Positions 20,832-32,682 are shown, numbered from the stretch's first letter. The stretch: DNA of 64,000 nt from Candidatus Bathyarchaeota archaeon (GCA_963697165.1 CAVOMX010000025.1:64001-128000); one strand, 5' to 3'. The notes: generated from the sequence alone by a model not told the origin. Numbers and translations are program-made.

Positions 20832-22005
20832 TCAGCTTTCCTCGAAGTCTTCCATTGTCTTGTCTGTTCCTTTGAAGTAGCTACTGTATTTTCTACGTAA
20901 CAGTAGCGCGGTTAAGAATGTGGATACTATCACGGGTATACCTCCGATGATGGCATAAACTAATGGAGTATAAGAGAACGCGGGGTCAATAAGAATCTGT
21001 GACACCTGAACAAATATAACCGAAGACCATGCAACCACAACTATAATTACAATGGTACGCCACAAACGTAAGTCCCGCTCAAAGAACCAGCGAACAGCCC
21101 TGCCTGAAAGTATAACACATATTCCGATAGCGATAAGGTATGTTGATTGTAAAAGAAATTCTCCGACAAGTCTTGGAACCTGTGCAAAGAGGTTCAGCCT
21201 CAGGATTAGCCACAGTTGCCACTGCGGTTCCTCCCAGATAGCCACCAACAAGAATCAGCAAGATTCCTGCAAGAGCTGAAAAGCCTGCTATCTGCACAGT
21301 AAATGGGGGCGGGGAGTATTCTCTTAGCCATTTAACAAAGCTATGTGCTGTTTTGTCGAGTCTGAATCCTCTCACAACAAGGAATGCACCTGCGATTACG
21401 GCGAGGGCTGGTATAGCGTATGTCAATCCGGTTGGGGTATAAATGCTAGGACACCTAAAACTATGAACAGGAGTCCTGGGAGACCTAGGAGCATTCGGGA
21501 ATATTTGGGGTTCTCTACAAGAATTTTCAGGTATCGACTAAAGAGCGCGGCTGATTCTTCGATGGATTTGCTGTGCTGTATCACAATTCTTCGAACAGAA
21601 GTAACTGGCACTCTTGATTCAATGAGCGGCAATACCATCTCGTCTGTGTAGCCGTCAGTAACTAGGATAACGTCTGTTGCCCGAAACTCTTTCTAGAACA
21701 TCAGTGAGTTCGGATACGAGTTGCCTGTCAGCTTCTACTCCTTTCAAATCGGAGCCTGCTATGGTTGCAACTTCGTACTCTTCCTCGCCTTTTGCGCTCT
21801 TTTTCAGGTTGTCATAAATTCTGACAGCTTCAAACATTGCATTGGCGTCAGCTTCTTCAGGGTCTCGGAGGGCGAGACTTGCAGCAGCATTCACGTTTTC
21901 TTTTCTTCCAACGATGGGCGTGTCTATTCCTGCTTTCATGCCGATGTCGTCGTCCCTGTCAACACATAGAACAAGAATTCGTTCCGCCTTGGCTGCTGTA
22001 GGCAT
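20832..22005 (-). CDS. DUF373 family membrane protein (several frameshifts)
   Basis: LVLCVDRDDDIG...DPEEADANAMF N-terminus and multiple TM segments; typical neighbour of uppS. Confidence 0.8.
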
Positions 22006-22093
22006 ATTTGCTCTCCCTTATAGTACCCATTTATTCGGAGGCACACTTTAATTTTGTCTTTATTTTTTGTATTCAAGATTCTGTGAATCAGCT

Positions 22094-22988
22094 TTAACTA
22101 TGGCTGTCAGAAATTAGAGCAGCCCTTTTTCTGCCAGAATACTGAAATTCTTCCCACAACAGCTTTTCGCCGCTCTTCAACTTCGCTAATGCCCTCTCCT
22201 CCAGATCTTTCTGAAGTTCGCCTTTACGTTCAGCCTGCTTTTTGTCCGCGGTTTCCTTCAATTCTTGTTCGATTGCTTTTATTGTTTCCATTAACTCGAC
22301 GCATTTTTCGTGTTTCTGTTGGGCTTGTTGTCGGGTTTCCACATATTTTTGGTGCGCCTCATTAGCCTCAGCTTGGAGGTCACGGGCTTTCTCTAAGACT
22401 CCAATCATTTGCAGATGATATTTTTGGCTTTGTTCAGCCAGTTCAGTCATTTTTTCGTGAATCGTCTTTGCTTCTGTTCCAAAGCCTTCTGTTCGGTTCG
22501 CAACTCGAATAGTTTGTCTTTCACTTTTTTTATTCGCTTTTGAACAACAAGCTGGGTTTCAAGCTCTCGTATCTGATTAATTAGTTCCTGTTCTTCCTTT
22601 ACGGGGAGCGAGTTTGTTTGAATTTCCCAATCGAGCTTTTCAATTTCTCTCGTTACCTGCCGCAGGTTTCCATCAGGTCGCTTTTCATTTAGCGCCCATA
22701 ATTTTTTCTTGCAATTCCGAAACTTTTTCGCGTTTCTCTTTGCCTTTGCTGCTCACTTGATCGCGCAGGTTTTTCAGTTCTTGGACTTGATTGTTTATGG
22801 CGTCTCTTTTTTCTTTGATGCTGTTTGCTTCTTTTCGTAGGTTTTGGACTTTTTCGTTGAGTTTATTTCTTTTTTCAACCCACTTTTTTGATTCTATGTT
22901 AAGGTTGTTTCTTTCTTCTTTGATCGGAATTAATTCTTGGTTTAGGGTTTCGAGTTTGTTTTTAGTGGAGTCAGATATTTTTATTCAC
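22094..22988 (-). CDS. Archaeal long coiled-coil protein (COG1340-like; frameshifted)
   Basis: Heptad-rich fragments ending in KLKSGEKLLWEEF; GTG start at 22988. Confidence 0.7.
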
Positions 22989-23084
22989 GTCCTATGCAGT
23001 GGTTAGCTTCGGCAAGGTTTTTCTTGAGTTAATGTTATCTTTTTGATTAGTTTGAAAAGGATGTGACATTCTAAAATAAGAGGT

Positions 23085-23793
23085 TTATTCCAGTATGATT
23101 CTTGCATCGACCGTTTTTGCTCCATTCTCGTAGACCATTACTGGATTTAGGTCGAGTTCTTTTATTTCTTGGTGATCCATAACCAGCCTTGATGTGCTTA
23201 GCAGGATTTTTTCTAATGTGTCGATGTCGGCTGGTGGTTGACCTCTGTATCCTCGGAGGAGGGGATATGCTTTCACTTCTGAGATCATCTCTTTGGCTTC
23301 CTCTTCATTTATTGGAGCAATTCTGAATGAAACGTCTTTCAGTAATTCCACGAAGGTTCCGCCAAAGCCGAACATCAATGTTGGTCCAAATTGTGCATCT
23401 TTAATTGCTCCCACTATAACTTCTATTGAGCAGGGCGCCATCTCCTGAACTAGGATGCCATCAATTTTTGCGTTTGGGTTATGTTTCTTTACGTTCTCCC
23501 CAATTTGGCTGTAGGCTTTTTTGGCTTCCTCGCGACTGTTGATGTTGAGGATTACTCCGCCTACGTCAAATTTGTGGATTACATCTGGTGAGATAATTTT
23601 GAAGACTGTAGGGTATCCGATTTCCTCGGAATACTTTGCTGCCTCTTCGGCGGTTTTTGCTATCTTCAATGCTGGTAACGGGTATTCCGTATTCTTTACA
23701 AACAGTTTTGGCTTCATGCTCAAGGAGGAATTTTCGTCCTTCTGTTCTGGCTTGTCCAAAGATTTTGGTAATTTTTTCCGACAATGTTAACAA
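23085..23793 (-). CDS. acdB: ADP-forming acyl-CoA synthetase beta subunit (frameshifted N-terminus)
   Basis: LLEHEAK, KIISPDVIHKFDVGGV, QFGPTLMFGFGG, ELDLNP and VDARI motifs. Confidence 0.88.
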
Positions 23794-23991
23794 CCTGTTT
23801 CTTGGCTGCAGAGAGGTAGGTAAGCTTTTCCCCTTTCTAACTCTTTCGCATATTTTAACGAAGTCCTACTTTTTTGTTATCGGTTTTCCTGAAAAAAGCT
23901 AGTTTTCAACAATGTTCTGTTTTTAGTCTTCTAATATGCGGTTTTGTTTGTGCCAGTTTTGGCTTTCTTGCCAGATCTAGAAGGGAAGTTG

Positions 23992-24146
23992 TGGTCGGGC
24001 GGGCGGGATTTGAACCTGCGACAGTCCGGTTTCTGTACGCTTGATAGGCTAAATGATGCCCACCATACGGGTAGACTTCTACAGCGTCTCCGTCAGCCTC
24101 GATATTAGGCTGGCTCGGAAGCTCTACCAAGCTGAGCTACCGCCCG
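23992..24146 (-). tRNA. tRNA-Tyr(GTA) with two introns
   Basis: C1-G72 acceptor CGGGCGG/CCGCCCG-A-CCA. Removing a 30-nt insert in the anticodon stem and a 48-nt insert after GTA-G restores TCCGG-CTGTAGA-CCGGA and a 77-nt tRNA. Confidence 0.88.
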
Positions 24147-24335
24147 ACAGACTTTTACAACGTAAATATTACAATTTATGCGTTTCGTTACATTTCAACA
24201 AATTACGGGTGACGGTGTGCTTGTGTTTGCCGCAGTTATCTTTATGCTTCTTGGGTTGCGCATTCAAGACTGTCTGTTTGTTTTGTGTAGAAAATGGGAA
24301 CAAAAAAATTAGTGTGCCCCAATTTTTGGGGACAG

Positions 24336-24500
24336 TTATTTACTGAGTTCTTGAATGTGTTCGTTTACAGCCGCAAGTTCTTTCTTTAGTTCTTCTGCGT
24401 AATTGTTTAGTTTCTCGACTTTTTCTGCTTTGGTTAACACTTTTCGGGGTCCATGTCCATGGTCGTGACAGTCTGAACCGCAACTACAGCTTCCGCACAT
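24336..24500 (-). CDS. Small Cys/His-rich coiled-coil protein (DUF5320-like), 54 aa
   Basis: Manual translation MCGSCSCGSDCHDHGHGPRKVLTKAEKVEKLNNYAEELKKELAAVNEHIQELSK; GGAGGTGA SD upstream. Confidence 0.75.
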   Translation of the reverse strand: MCGSCSCGSDCHDHGHGPRKVLTKAEKVEKLNNYAEELKKELAAVNEHIQELSK

Positions 24501-24607
24501 GTTTTTTGTTCACCTCCAATTTTACACATAAATGATGTTCAAAGTAAAGTATTTAAACTATCCAATTTATAGTAACACAGTCACTATCCTCAACGAAAGC
24601 GAATATC

Positions 24608-25006
24608 ATGTGTGAAAAAGAGGAACAACCCTGCCTTTGCCCTCTTAAAGGCGTCATCGACCTAATCAGCAAAAAATGGGCGCTTCTTATCATCAACGCA
24701 TTAGGCAACTGCGGAAAGCTACGATTCAACAAAATCATGGAAACTTTAAGAGGAATAAGCCCAAAAACACTGTCAGATACGCTAAAAGAACTCCAAGCAG
24801 AAGGCTTAATCAAGCGAGAATCATTTGCCGAGATACCGCCACGAGTTGAATACTCACTAACAAAGGATGGAGCAGGACTCAGAAAATCTATTATACCACT
24901 TTTAGAATGGACTGCAAACAGAAGCAGCATAAACAAAGAGCGGTGCGAGAATTGTCCCCCGCAAATACGCACACGCTATAAAGCAAATTTAGGTGAACAG
25001 AAATGA
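24608..25006 (+). CDS. HxlR family transcriptional regulator
   Basis: CPL...ISKKWALLII...ISPKTLS..LKEL...PPRVEYSLT. Confidence 0.9.
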   Translation: MCEKEEQPCLCPLKGVIDLISKKWALLIINALGNCGKLRFNKIMETLRGISPKTLSDTLKELQAEGLIKRESFAEIPPRVEYSLTKDGAGLRKSIIPLLEWTANRSSINKERCENCPPQIRTRYKANLGEQK

Positions 25007-26102
25007 ACCGTGAACAAATTCATGAAGTTTTGTCAGATTATGACCCCAAAGAAATAAAGATAGGCGTGCTTGGGTCTCACTCTGCCCTAGAGATGGGTCA
25101 TGGCGCCAAGCAGGAAGGATTCGAAGTAGTTGTTGTGTGCCAGAAGGGAAGAGAAAAAACCTACACGAAACACTACAGAAACCTGTTTGACCACGTTCTG
25201 CTGGTAGACAAATTCTCCGACATAATAAAAGAAGAAAACCAAGCCAAACTGCGAAGATTAAACACTATTTTTGTTCCGAACAGATCATTCTCAGTTTACA
25301 CAGGCTACGACAACATCGAACAGAAGTTCAAGGTTCCACTCCTAGGAAACAGGTTCATGCTCAGAAGCGAAGAAAGAAACGTTCCCAGAAACCAGTATGA
25401 CCTAATCAGGCAAGCTGGATTAAATTTGCCCAAAATTTTTGGTTCACCAGAAGAAATCGACCGATTAGCGATAGTGAAGGTTCCTGAGAAAACAAGAAGC
25501 ATAGAACGCGCCTTCTTTTACGCTTCGTCTCCCGAAGAATTCAAGAAAAGGTCCGAAGAACGGATAAAAAAGGGCATAATCGACCGAGAAGACTTGAAAG
25601 AATCAGTCATCGAAGAGTACATTGTTGGAGCAAAATTCAACGCAAACTACTTCTACTCTCCAATAACCAGACGAAATAGACCTTCTAGGATTCGACAGAA
25701 GAATACAAACAAACCTCGACGGAGTCCTGGATTTACCCGCAGACGAACAACTAGAAGCAAAACTGCCAACACAAAACGTCGAAATCGGACACATGGGCGC
25801 AACAATGCGAGAATCACAACTAGAAAAAATCTTGGACGCAGGTGAAAAATTTGTTGAAACATGCAAAAAAGAGTACCCGCCAGGAATAATCGGCTTGTTT
25901 GCATTGCAGGGTGCCGTGAACAAGAATTTGGAGTTCTACATTTTTGATGTAAGCCCAAGAATACCCGGCTGCCCATGCGTAGAACCGACGTCTCCATATA
26001 TGAAGTACAAGTATGGCATGGCGGTTGGTCCGGGAAGAAGAGTGGCAATGGAGATTAAGAACAGCGGTTGCGGAAAACAAGCTTGAGATGATAGTCACGT
26101 GA
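25003..26102 (+). CDS. purP: PurP-family FAICAR synthetase, copy 1 (frameshifted)
   Basis: LGSHSALE...GAKQEGF, VPNRSF and IIGLFALQ; ATP-grasp family. Confidence 0.85.
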
Positions 26103-27252
26103 TACCAAAAACCGTAATAAACAAGATTCTGGGTGACTATGACAGCAAAAACATTACGGTAGGCACAATTGGCTCCCACTCTGCACTCAACATATTCAAG
26201 GGAGCAAAAGAAGAAGGCTTCAACACAGTTTGTGTCTGCAAGAAAGAAAGCGAAATCGTTTACAAACGCTTTCCTCTGGCAGACCAAATTATCACGGTTA
26301 AAGAGTATGGCGAACTTTTGGATGAGAACGTCCAGCAGAAACTGAGACAGGAAAACACGATTCTGGTTCCGCATGGATCATTTAATGCATATGTTGGAAC
26401 AGACCAGATGATCGACAAATTAGAGGTGCCATTGTTTGGCAACAGAGAGCTTCTGCACTGGGAAACGGATAGAGAAAGGCAGAGAGAATGGTTAAAAAAA
26501 GCGGGTTTAAGGTTGCCCAAGACCTTCGAAAATCCAGAGGATATTGAGGGACTGGTTATCGCAAAGTTTCCGGGCGCAATGGGTGGAAAAGGTTACTTCA
26601 TCGTGGAGTCTCCCAGAGGTCATTTCACAAAAAAGCGAAAGACATGATAAAACGAGGACACATAAGCAAACAAAATTTGGAAAACATCCACCTTCAAGAA
26701 TACGTGATAGGAGTAAACGTTTATCCACTATACTTCTATTCGCCACTGACACATGAAGTTGAACTATTGGGAATGGACAGACGATACGAAACCACCGTCG
26801 ACAGCATAGGAAAGATACCAGCAAAAGAGCAAATGGAAATCAACGTGAACCCAACATACACTGTCGTAGGCAATTTCCCTATTGTTGCCAGAGAGTCGCT
26901 TCTGCCAGAAATTCTCAGAATGGGCGAAAAAGTAGTTGAAGAATCCAAGAAGATTGCCCCTCCAGGAATCATAGGACCCTTCTGCCTAGAAACGGTAATC
27001 ACAGATAACCTAGAAATGTTCACGTTCGAGATTTCTGCCAGAATAGTTGCAGGAAGCAATGTGGGCATCGGCACTTCCCCATACGCCTACCTGAAGTATG
27101 GCGAAGGAATGTACATGGGTAGAAGAATTGCCCGAGAAATAAAAAACGCAATAGCCAACAACGAACTAGAAAAAGTCGTGTATTACTTTAGGCTTATTTT
27201 TGGCTCATTCTTGTTTTCATTTCGTGCTCAAGTATGCCACGGTAGAGTATAA
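26099..27252 (+). CDS. purP: PurP-family FAICAR synthetase, copy 2 (frameshifted)
   Basis: IGSHSALNI, VPHGSF, GGKGYF, GPFCLE and FEISARIVAG motifs. Confidence 0.88.
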
Positions 27253-27400
27253 GCGGTGCAATCTGTTCATTGGGCGCAGTTTCTGCAATCTTCTTTGTTA
27301 TGTTTTCGTCCAAACGTTTCTTGTAAGCTTGAAGTTCAGCCAAACATAGGCCCTTGAGTTTGGTTTCAAAATAGTTCACAGGGTCACTCATACCAATCAC
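27194..27400 (-). CDS. Small hypothetical protein
   Basis: 68-aa ORF with helical, protein-like composition. Confidence 0.55.
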   Translation of the reverse strand: MIGMSDPVNYFETKLKGLCLAELQAYKKRLDENITKKIAETAPNEQIAPLILYRGILEHEMKTRMSQK

Positions 27401-28140
27401 TTCTTGATCTAACAGATGTTCTGCATTAATGTAGCAAATTAATTGTTATATACTTATGTGACGAAGAAATTCGTGTAAAAACTTAAATTCGTTTACACTT
27501 AAGAAGCGGCATCAATAATTCGCTGGAGGAAATTACTAAAGTGGTAACTGCAGAATCTATAGACAAAATAATTGATGTGTCAGAAGAAAATGACCTGGAG
27601 TTTTCAGAAAAATACCCGAAATCAGCAAAAAAATGACCCTGTTCTAATGGCATGTATTGCTCCATATGTGGAATTAAAAAGTTCTCCCAAAAAAACAGTA
27701 GGCATTGGAGAATAAGCCACCTCACAGAATACTATATGTCCAATCCACTACAATTAAGCAACTAATCAGGATGGAGCATCCAAAACTCATTCACAAAAGC
27801 AGGAATGGCACTAGGTTCACAAAACGTAGACAAATATGTAAAAACTGTTTGACACAGTTACGTTCCGAAACTTCTAAGACCAATAGAACAACTAACAAAA
27901 TAGAACATAAGACCTAACAATACAAGGTTTTTCCTTTGTCGTCTTCTCAGTCTTTGTTCAATCACAAGTTATTCTCACAATAGACTTGATCCACTCATCA
28001 CTAAATGGACTGCCCACATAGGAAAAAAACACCAAAAAACAAGAGCATACAGTATACTAGAGAAAAGTGAACTCTAGACATAGCAGTTTCTGGGTCAATT
28101 AAATTGGCTATTTTATCTGATTGTCCAAAGTTGTTAAGGG

Positions 28141-28701
28141 CTAAACGTCTTTTTCTTTTGTGCCAGTTATGCCTTGGACGATTCTTGCTATTCCATTGAA
28201 CATGAAAGTGAATGAAAGCATCAGAACCAGAGCAAGTAAGCCAAACTCGGTAGGATACAAAGACTACAGCAGCCAATACTGACTGTAACGATAAGCCCAC
28301 GACAATAAAGAAGCCTCTGAGCCAGTTGGGAAAGGCTCTAGCGAATCCGCCGATTACAAGTCTTGCAACTCCGTTAAGCAGCAGAACAAGGGACAGGATA
28401 TAAATCAGCACTTGGGCGGTAAGATTTGGATATAAAATTGCAACAATCGACAATACCATGGCTACCATGCCTACACCAAAGTTAAGTGCACGTATCTTGT
28501 CGGAAAGATATTTTGCGAATATTCCATTTAGGATTCTAGCAATTCCAGTAACCAGCAAGGACAATTGAAAGAACAAGAATCATTGTTAAGATGGCAAGTT
28601 CCTGATAGGACCAAAACTACAACCGACAAAACTACTGCAATCAAACCAAAGACAATATCAAAAGCACGTAGCCAATTTGGAGCCTTATGTTCTTGCATCA
28701 T
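28141..28701 (-). CDS. HdeD/DUF308 family membrane protein (frameshifted)
   Basis: Repeated PNWLR..I..G TM units and GIARI/GVARL motifs. Confidence 0.7.
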
Positions 28702-28758
28702 TAACTCCACAAAAGTCAAATATGGTCTAAAATCGTTAAAAGATTTGCCGTATCTAGG

Positions 28759-29245
28759 CTACTGTTTGTCGTATTCTTCAACCTGATTGTTCATGACAAC
28801 CAACTCGACACCTGCAAGCTTGAACATTTTTATTGTATCTTTGTCCGCATGGTAATGCTTCTCGCAAACAACACGTCTGATTCCAGAATTGACTATAATC
28901 ATGGCACAAGTCCTGCACGGCGTCATCTTGCAGTAAAGCGTGGAGCCATCAAGTGGGATTCCAAATTTTGCAGCCTGAATAATTGCATTCTGTTCTGCAT
29001 GCAAAGTGCGTACACAGTGATTGCGAAACGTTTCCCTGATCATCAAAGACTTTTCTCATGTCATGACCTGCCTCATCGCAGTGTGGTAGCCCTGCAGGTG
29101 CGCCAACGTAGCCTGTTGTCATGATTCTGCGGTCTTTGACGATTACGCAACCTGCTCTGCCCCTGTCGCAGGTGGCACGCTTGGAAACTGCTTCACATAA
29201 ATCTAGAAAATATCTGTCCCAGTCAGGTCGCTCTTTACAGTCCAT
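28759..29245 (-). CDS. dCMP deaminase family protein (frameshifted)
   Basis: RPDWDRYF...RATCDR, HAEQNAI and PCRTC motifs. Confidence 0.88.
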
Positions 29246-29402
29246 TTTGCATCTCCAGCTTTCGAATATACACCTACAAGGGCATGGAATAAAACTGTTT
29301 TTTCCCGTATCAAAGATAGATTGGGGTCCAGGTTAATGGCTTAGTGCCACAAGAAATCTTTCATAGAATATTACGATACAATATATTTGGAGAGTGCAAA
29401 CA

Positions 29403-29681
29403 ATGGGACCAATCCTGTGCCCAGAATGCGAATCAAACTATCTAGCATGGAGCAAAGACAGATTCGTTGTATGCGACAAATGCGGATTCAAAGTAGACGT
29501 AAACGGTGACCCCTTTGAGTAGATGCGAAAGAAAGCCAAAGAAATCGAAGAATGGGAACAAAACAGCCCCTGCAACAGCTGCGTATTCAATAACCACTGC
29601 AAACAAGGAGTGCAACAAAACAAAAACAGCACATGGAAAAGAAGAAAACAGCAGTTCTGCATGCCCAAAGCAGTAATCTAG
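29403..29681 (+). CDS. Zn-ribbon/Cys-rich small protein(s) separated by an in-frame TAG
   Basis: MGPILCPECES...VCDKCG...FE*MRKK...PCNSC...C...FC. Confidence 0.45.
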
Positions 29682-29772
29682 AGCCCAAACAAAAAGACAC
29701 AGATTTTTTCATCGACGAGCCAACCTTCAATACTGTTAAATATTGTCTTTGATTCAAACGATAGAAAGAGAG

Positions 29773-29866
29773 GGGCCGGTAGTTCAGTTCGGTATGAACG
29801 CCGCCTTCGCATGCCTTTGGCAGAAAGAGGCGGATGCCGCGGGTTCAAATCCCGCCCGGTCCACCA
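29773..29866 (+). tRNA. tRNA-Ala(CGC) with a 16-nt intron in the anticodon loop
   Basis: GGGCCGG/CCGGTCC acceptor with G3:U70; CCGCC-TTCGC...GGCGG arm interrupted by a TGCC-TTT-GGCA hairpin; CCA end. Confidence 0.88.
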
Positions 29867-29871
29867 TCAGT

Positions 29872-30440
29872 TTAAGTTTTAATTGAAGCGAGTTCAGGAG
29901 GTTTTGTTTCTTGTTCCGCGTAATCGCCATGCTTCACCCAATCTGGAGTAGACTAATCTGTGCGGGAATGATGTTGATTAGTGCTTGGGTTCCATTCATT
30001 ATGGCCAGCGCAGGCAGAATACCAACCACAAATGATACGGGCATAGACATAGAATACTGGGAGCAGGTAGTAATTTGCCACAGTCATTGCGAGAACTCTG
30101 GAACTGACTGCTGCAATTGATTTTGATACGAAGCCTCTTTGGATTGCAGCAAACGCCAAGATGGTTGCTAATTCAGCTATGAGTTTTGAATATGCCGCCG
30201 TAAACATTTCCTCGAATGAAAATAAATGAGCAGCCAATTAGGCAAGTGTAGAGTGCGCCGATGGGACCAGTGAAGAGCAGGCTGATCATCATGGGCATTC
30301 CAGTTAGGTCCCATGAGACTCGTGTCGTAAAGTGGAAAGGGAATGTCAAATGGGGGTCCAGGTATTATTTCGAATACTGCCGACAAGAGCTCCTAGTATG
30401 CTAGCTAACGCAAGTTTTCTGGTGTCTAGTATCTGGAACG
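29872..30440 (-). CDS. ECF transporter S-component-like membrane protein (frameshifted; ends approximate)
   Basis: DTRKLALASILGAL, PPFDIPFP, SRVLAMTVANYY fragments over several frames. Confidence 0.6.
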
Positions 30441-30579
30441 GCGTTTCACCTTTAGAGAAGAAGAGGGTGTGTGCTAAATAATATTTATGTTTTTTGCAAA
30501 ATGATATGTCTTTTTTGTCAACTAATATTAGCGGGTTCAGAGCATTTTTTTGACGGTTTGAACACACTCTTTAATCAGT

Positions 30580-30837
30580 TCACGCATTTTTCAGGTAAAT
30601 CACCCGCGAACGTCCAACCTCGTAAACTCCAACAAGTCCGCTCTCCTCTAGGACTCTGATGTGGCGATAAACCGCTGCGTAGTCCTTCTTTAGCACCTTA
30701 GATACAGCTTTTATGTGAAGGGGTCTCTCGGTTTCGCTTACAAGCTCAATTATCTTCAATCTTGTAGGGCTACCCAATGCGCTGAATATGCCGGAAACTT
30801 GGCGTAATCTCTGTTCGTCAATCACAGCGTAAACCAC
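30580..30837 (-). CDS. ArsR family transcriptional regulator
   Basis: FSALGSPTRLKIIEL...YRHIRVLEESGLV. Confidence 0.82.
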   Translation of the reverse strand: MVYAVIDEQRLRQVSGIFSALGSPTRLKIIELVSETERPLHIKAVSKVLKKDYAAVYRHIRVLEESGLVGVYEVGRSRVIYLKNA

Positions 30838-30934
30838 TTTTATTGTATATGCATCTAATTTATGACATTTTCGCTAAACATCGCAACAGAACACCAAACA
30901 AACTGTAACAACAAAAGAAATATTGGATAGGCTA

Positions 30935-32035
30935 CTAAGAACCGAAAAAGTTTGTTAACTGTTTTTGCAGTGACTCCTTTTTCGTGAGGCTTGAGAGTTT
31001 GACGCCTACTCTTCTTGCCTCAACATCGGATTCGTTTAGAAACTTTTCCAGAAGTTCTATCACAGTCGTTTTGAATGTTTTCAAGTTGCTTGTTGGGTTT
31101 TCGAAGGTCTTGGATCTGCTGTGAACACTAAGGTTGCTGGCAACGACATATATGTTCACTGACCTGTAGAGTAGTCCCTGACTCATTAGCCTAGCGTGAA
31201 CGTCATCGCATAGCCGGTAAGCTTCATCGAGTATAACCGCCAAGTCTCTCGTGTCCTTTTTGAGAGTGGAGATTCGGCTTACAGATTCAGGTTCGTTTCG
31301 TTCCTGAACAGGCTCACCATCCACCCCCAAAGACGCGTTATGAAAGTAGGTTCCTATTTTTCTTCCAAAAACATCGATTAGCCGTTGCACATCAAACTTT
31401 GCCAACTGACCGACAGTTCTGATGCCCAAAGTTTCCATCTTCTTTTCAGTCTGTTTTCCTACACCTAATAGACGACGGGTAGGCAAAGCCGACAAAAAAC
31501 TGTTTACTTGCTGGGGTGTAACCAGTGTTAAGCCGTCAGGTTTCTGGATGTCGGCGGCTATCTTGGCGATGAGCTTGTTTGGTCCAACACCGACAGAGCA
31601 TGTGAGCTGCTGTTGAGTCAAAATGTCGTCTTTTATTGTTGCCGCCAGTTGCTTTACTTCGTGGTAGTTTGTTTTTGTTCTTTTTGTCACATCTAGGTAG
31701 GCTTCATCTACACTAACCTGCTCGAAACGATCAGCATAGATTCTGAGAATCTCCATTACACTTTCCGAAATTTCCTTGTAGAATTCCTTATCTACAGGCA
31801 AAAAGACTGCATCTACGTCTTCGAGCTTCTTTTTGGCTAACGATATTGGGATTCCAGATTTTACGCCATACTTTCGTGCAACATAGTTTGCTGTGCTTAC
31901 GACTCCGCTGTCTTCTGTGCGACCCGAATAAACGCAAACAACCACGGGTTTGCCCTTTATGGACGGGTTTCGTCTCTCCTCACATTGAGCATAAAAGTAG
32001 TCTAGGTCAACTAGCATTACGAGTCTGGCTTGCAT
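30935..32035 (-). CDS. dinB: Y-family DNA polymerase IV
   Basis: VDLDYFYAQCE, STANYVARKYG, SVDEAYLD and AKIAAD..KPDG motifs. Confidence 0.95.
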   Translation of the reverse strand: MQARLVMLVDLDYFYAQCEERRNPSIKGKPVVVCVYSGRTEDSGVVSTANYVARKYGVKSGIPISLAKKKLEDVDAVFLPVDKEFYKEISESVMEILRIYADRFEQVSVDEAYLDVTKRTKTNYHEVKQLAATIKDDILTQQQLTCSVGVGPNKLIAKIAADIQKPDGLTLVTPQQVNSFLSALPTRRLLGVGKQTEKKMETLGIRTVGQLAKFDVQRLIDVFGRKIGTYFHNASLGVDGEPVQERNEPESVSRISTLKKDTRDLAVILDEAYRLCDDVHARLMSQGLLYRSVNIYVVASNLSVHSRSKTFENPTSNLKTFKTTVIELLEKFLNESDVEARRVGVKLSSLTKKESLQKQLTNFFGS

Positions 32036-32254
32036 GATAATAGCAGCCTCACACACCAAAGCAACAAATGATTACACATCTAGACTTTGACGGTTGGTAC
32101 TTAATAAAATACCCTACAATCAAAAATCACCCAAAACTATCGACTGTATTTCATTTTGTCTGGTAGCACTGTTTTAATTGCAATTCATGCCTTTTTTGTG
32201 TTGGCTTTTTCAAAGTGAACAGGTTAATATTGCTGGTTGTTTCTATTTATGGTC

Positions 32255-32659
32255 ATGAATGCTTGTATTCTATACTTTTCCCTAACAGGTAACACTAAGA
32301 AATTTGCAGAAAACATATCTGATTCCTTAAAGATTCCAACAGTCTATGACATAGCCACCACAGAACCCTCAGTTGTTAACGACTATGACGCGATAATTCT
32401 TGGAACGCCAGTTCATGGATTTAGTCCCTCAAAAGAATCTTTGTCGTTTATAGAAAGCCTGCCTGACGGCGAGGGCAAACGGGCAATTCTGTTCTGTACC
32501 TATCGCCTATGGAAGGGAAGAACATTTAGCAAATTGAAGAAAGAACTGAAAAAGAAGGGCTACAGCACGGTTCTGTGTACCTCAGCAAAAGGGAAAGAAT
32601 TCACGGAAGAGGACTTTTCAGATTCTGTATGCAATATAGCAGAGGTACTAAAAGAATAG
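32255..32659 (+). CDS. Flavodoxin family protein
   Basis: YFSLTGNTKKFA and LGTPV motifs. Confidence 0.85.
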   Translation: MNACILYFSLTGNTKKFAENISDSLKIPTVYDIATTEPSVVNDYDAIILGTPVHGFSPSKESLSFIESLPDGEGKRAILFCTYRLWKGRTFSKLKKELKKKGYSTVLCTSAKGKEFTEEDFSDSVCNIAEVLKE

Positions 32660-32682
32660 GCGACCCGTTTTGCGGGTAACAG

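Noticed and set aside
23906..24346. ORFs overlapping tRNA-Tyr
   Set aside because: Explained by the tRNA gene and its introns.
27400..28000. AT-rich interval with short ORFs on both strands
   Set aside because: No coherent protein, repeat or RNA structure could be supported; may be a decayed gene.
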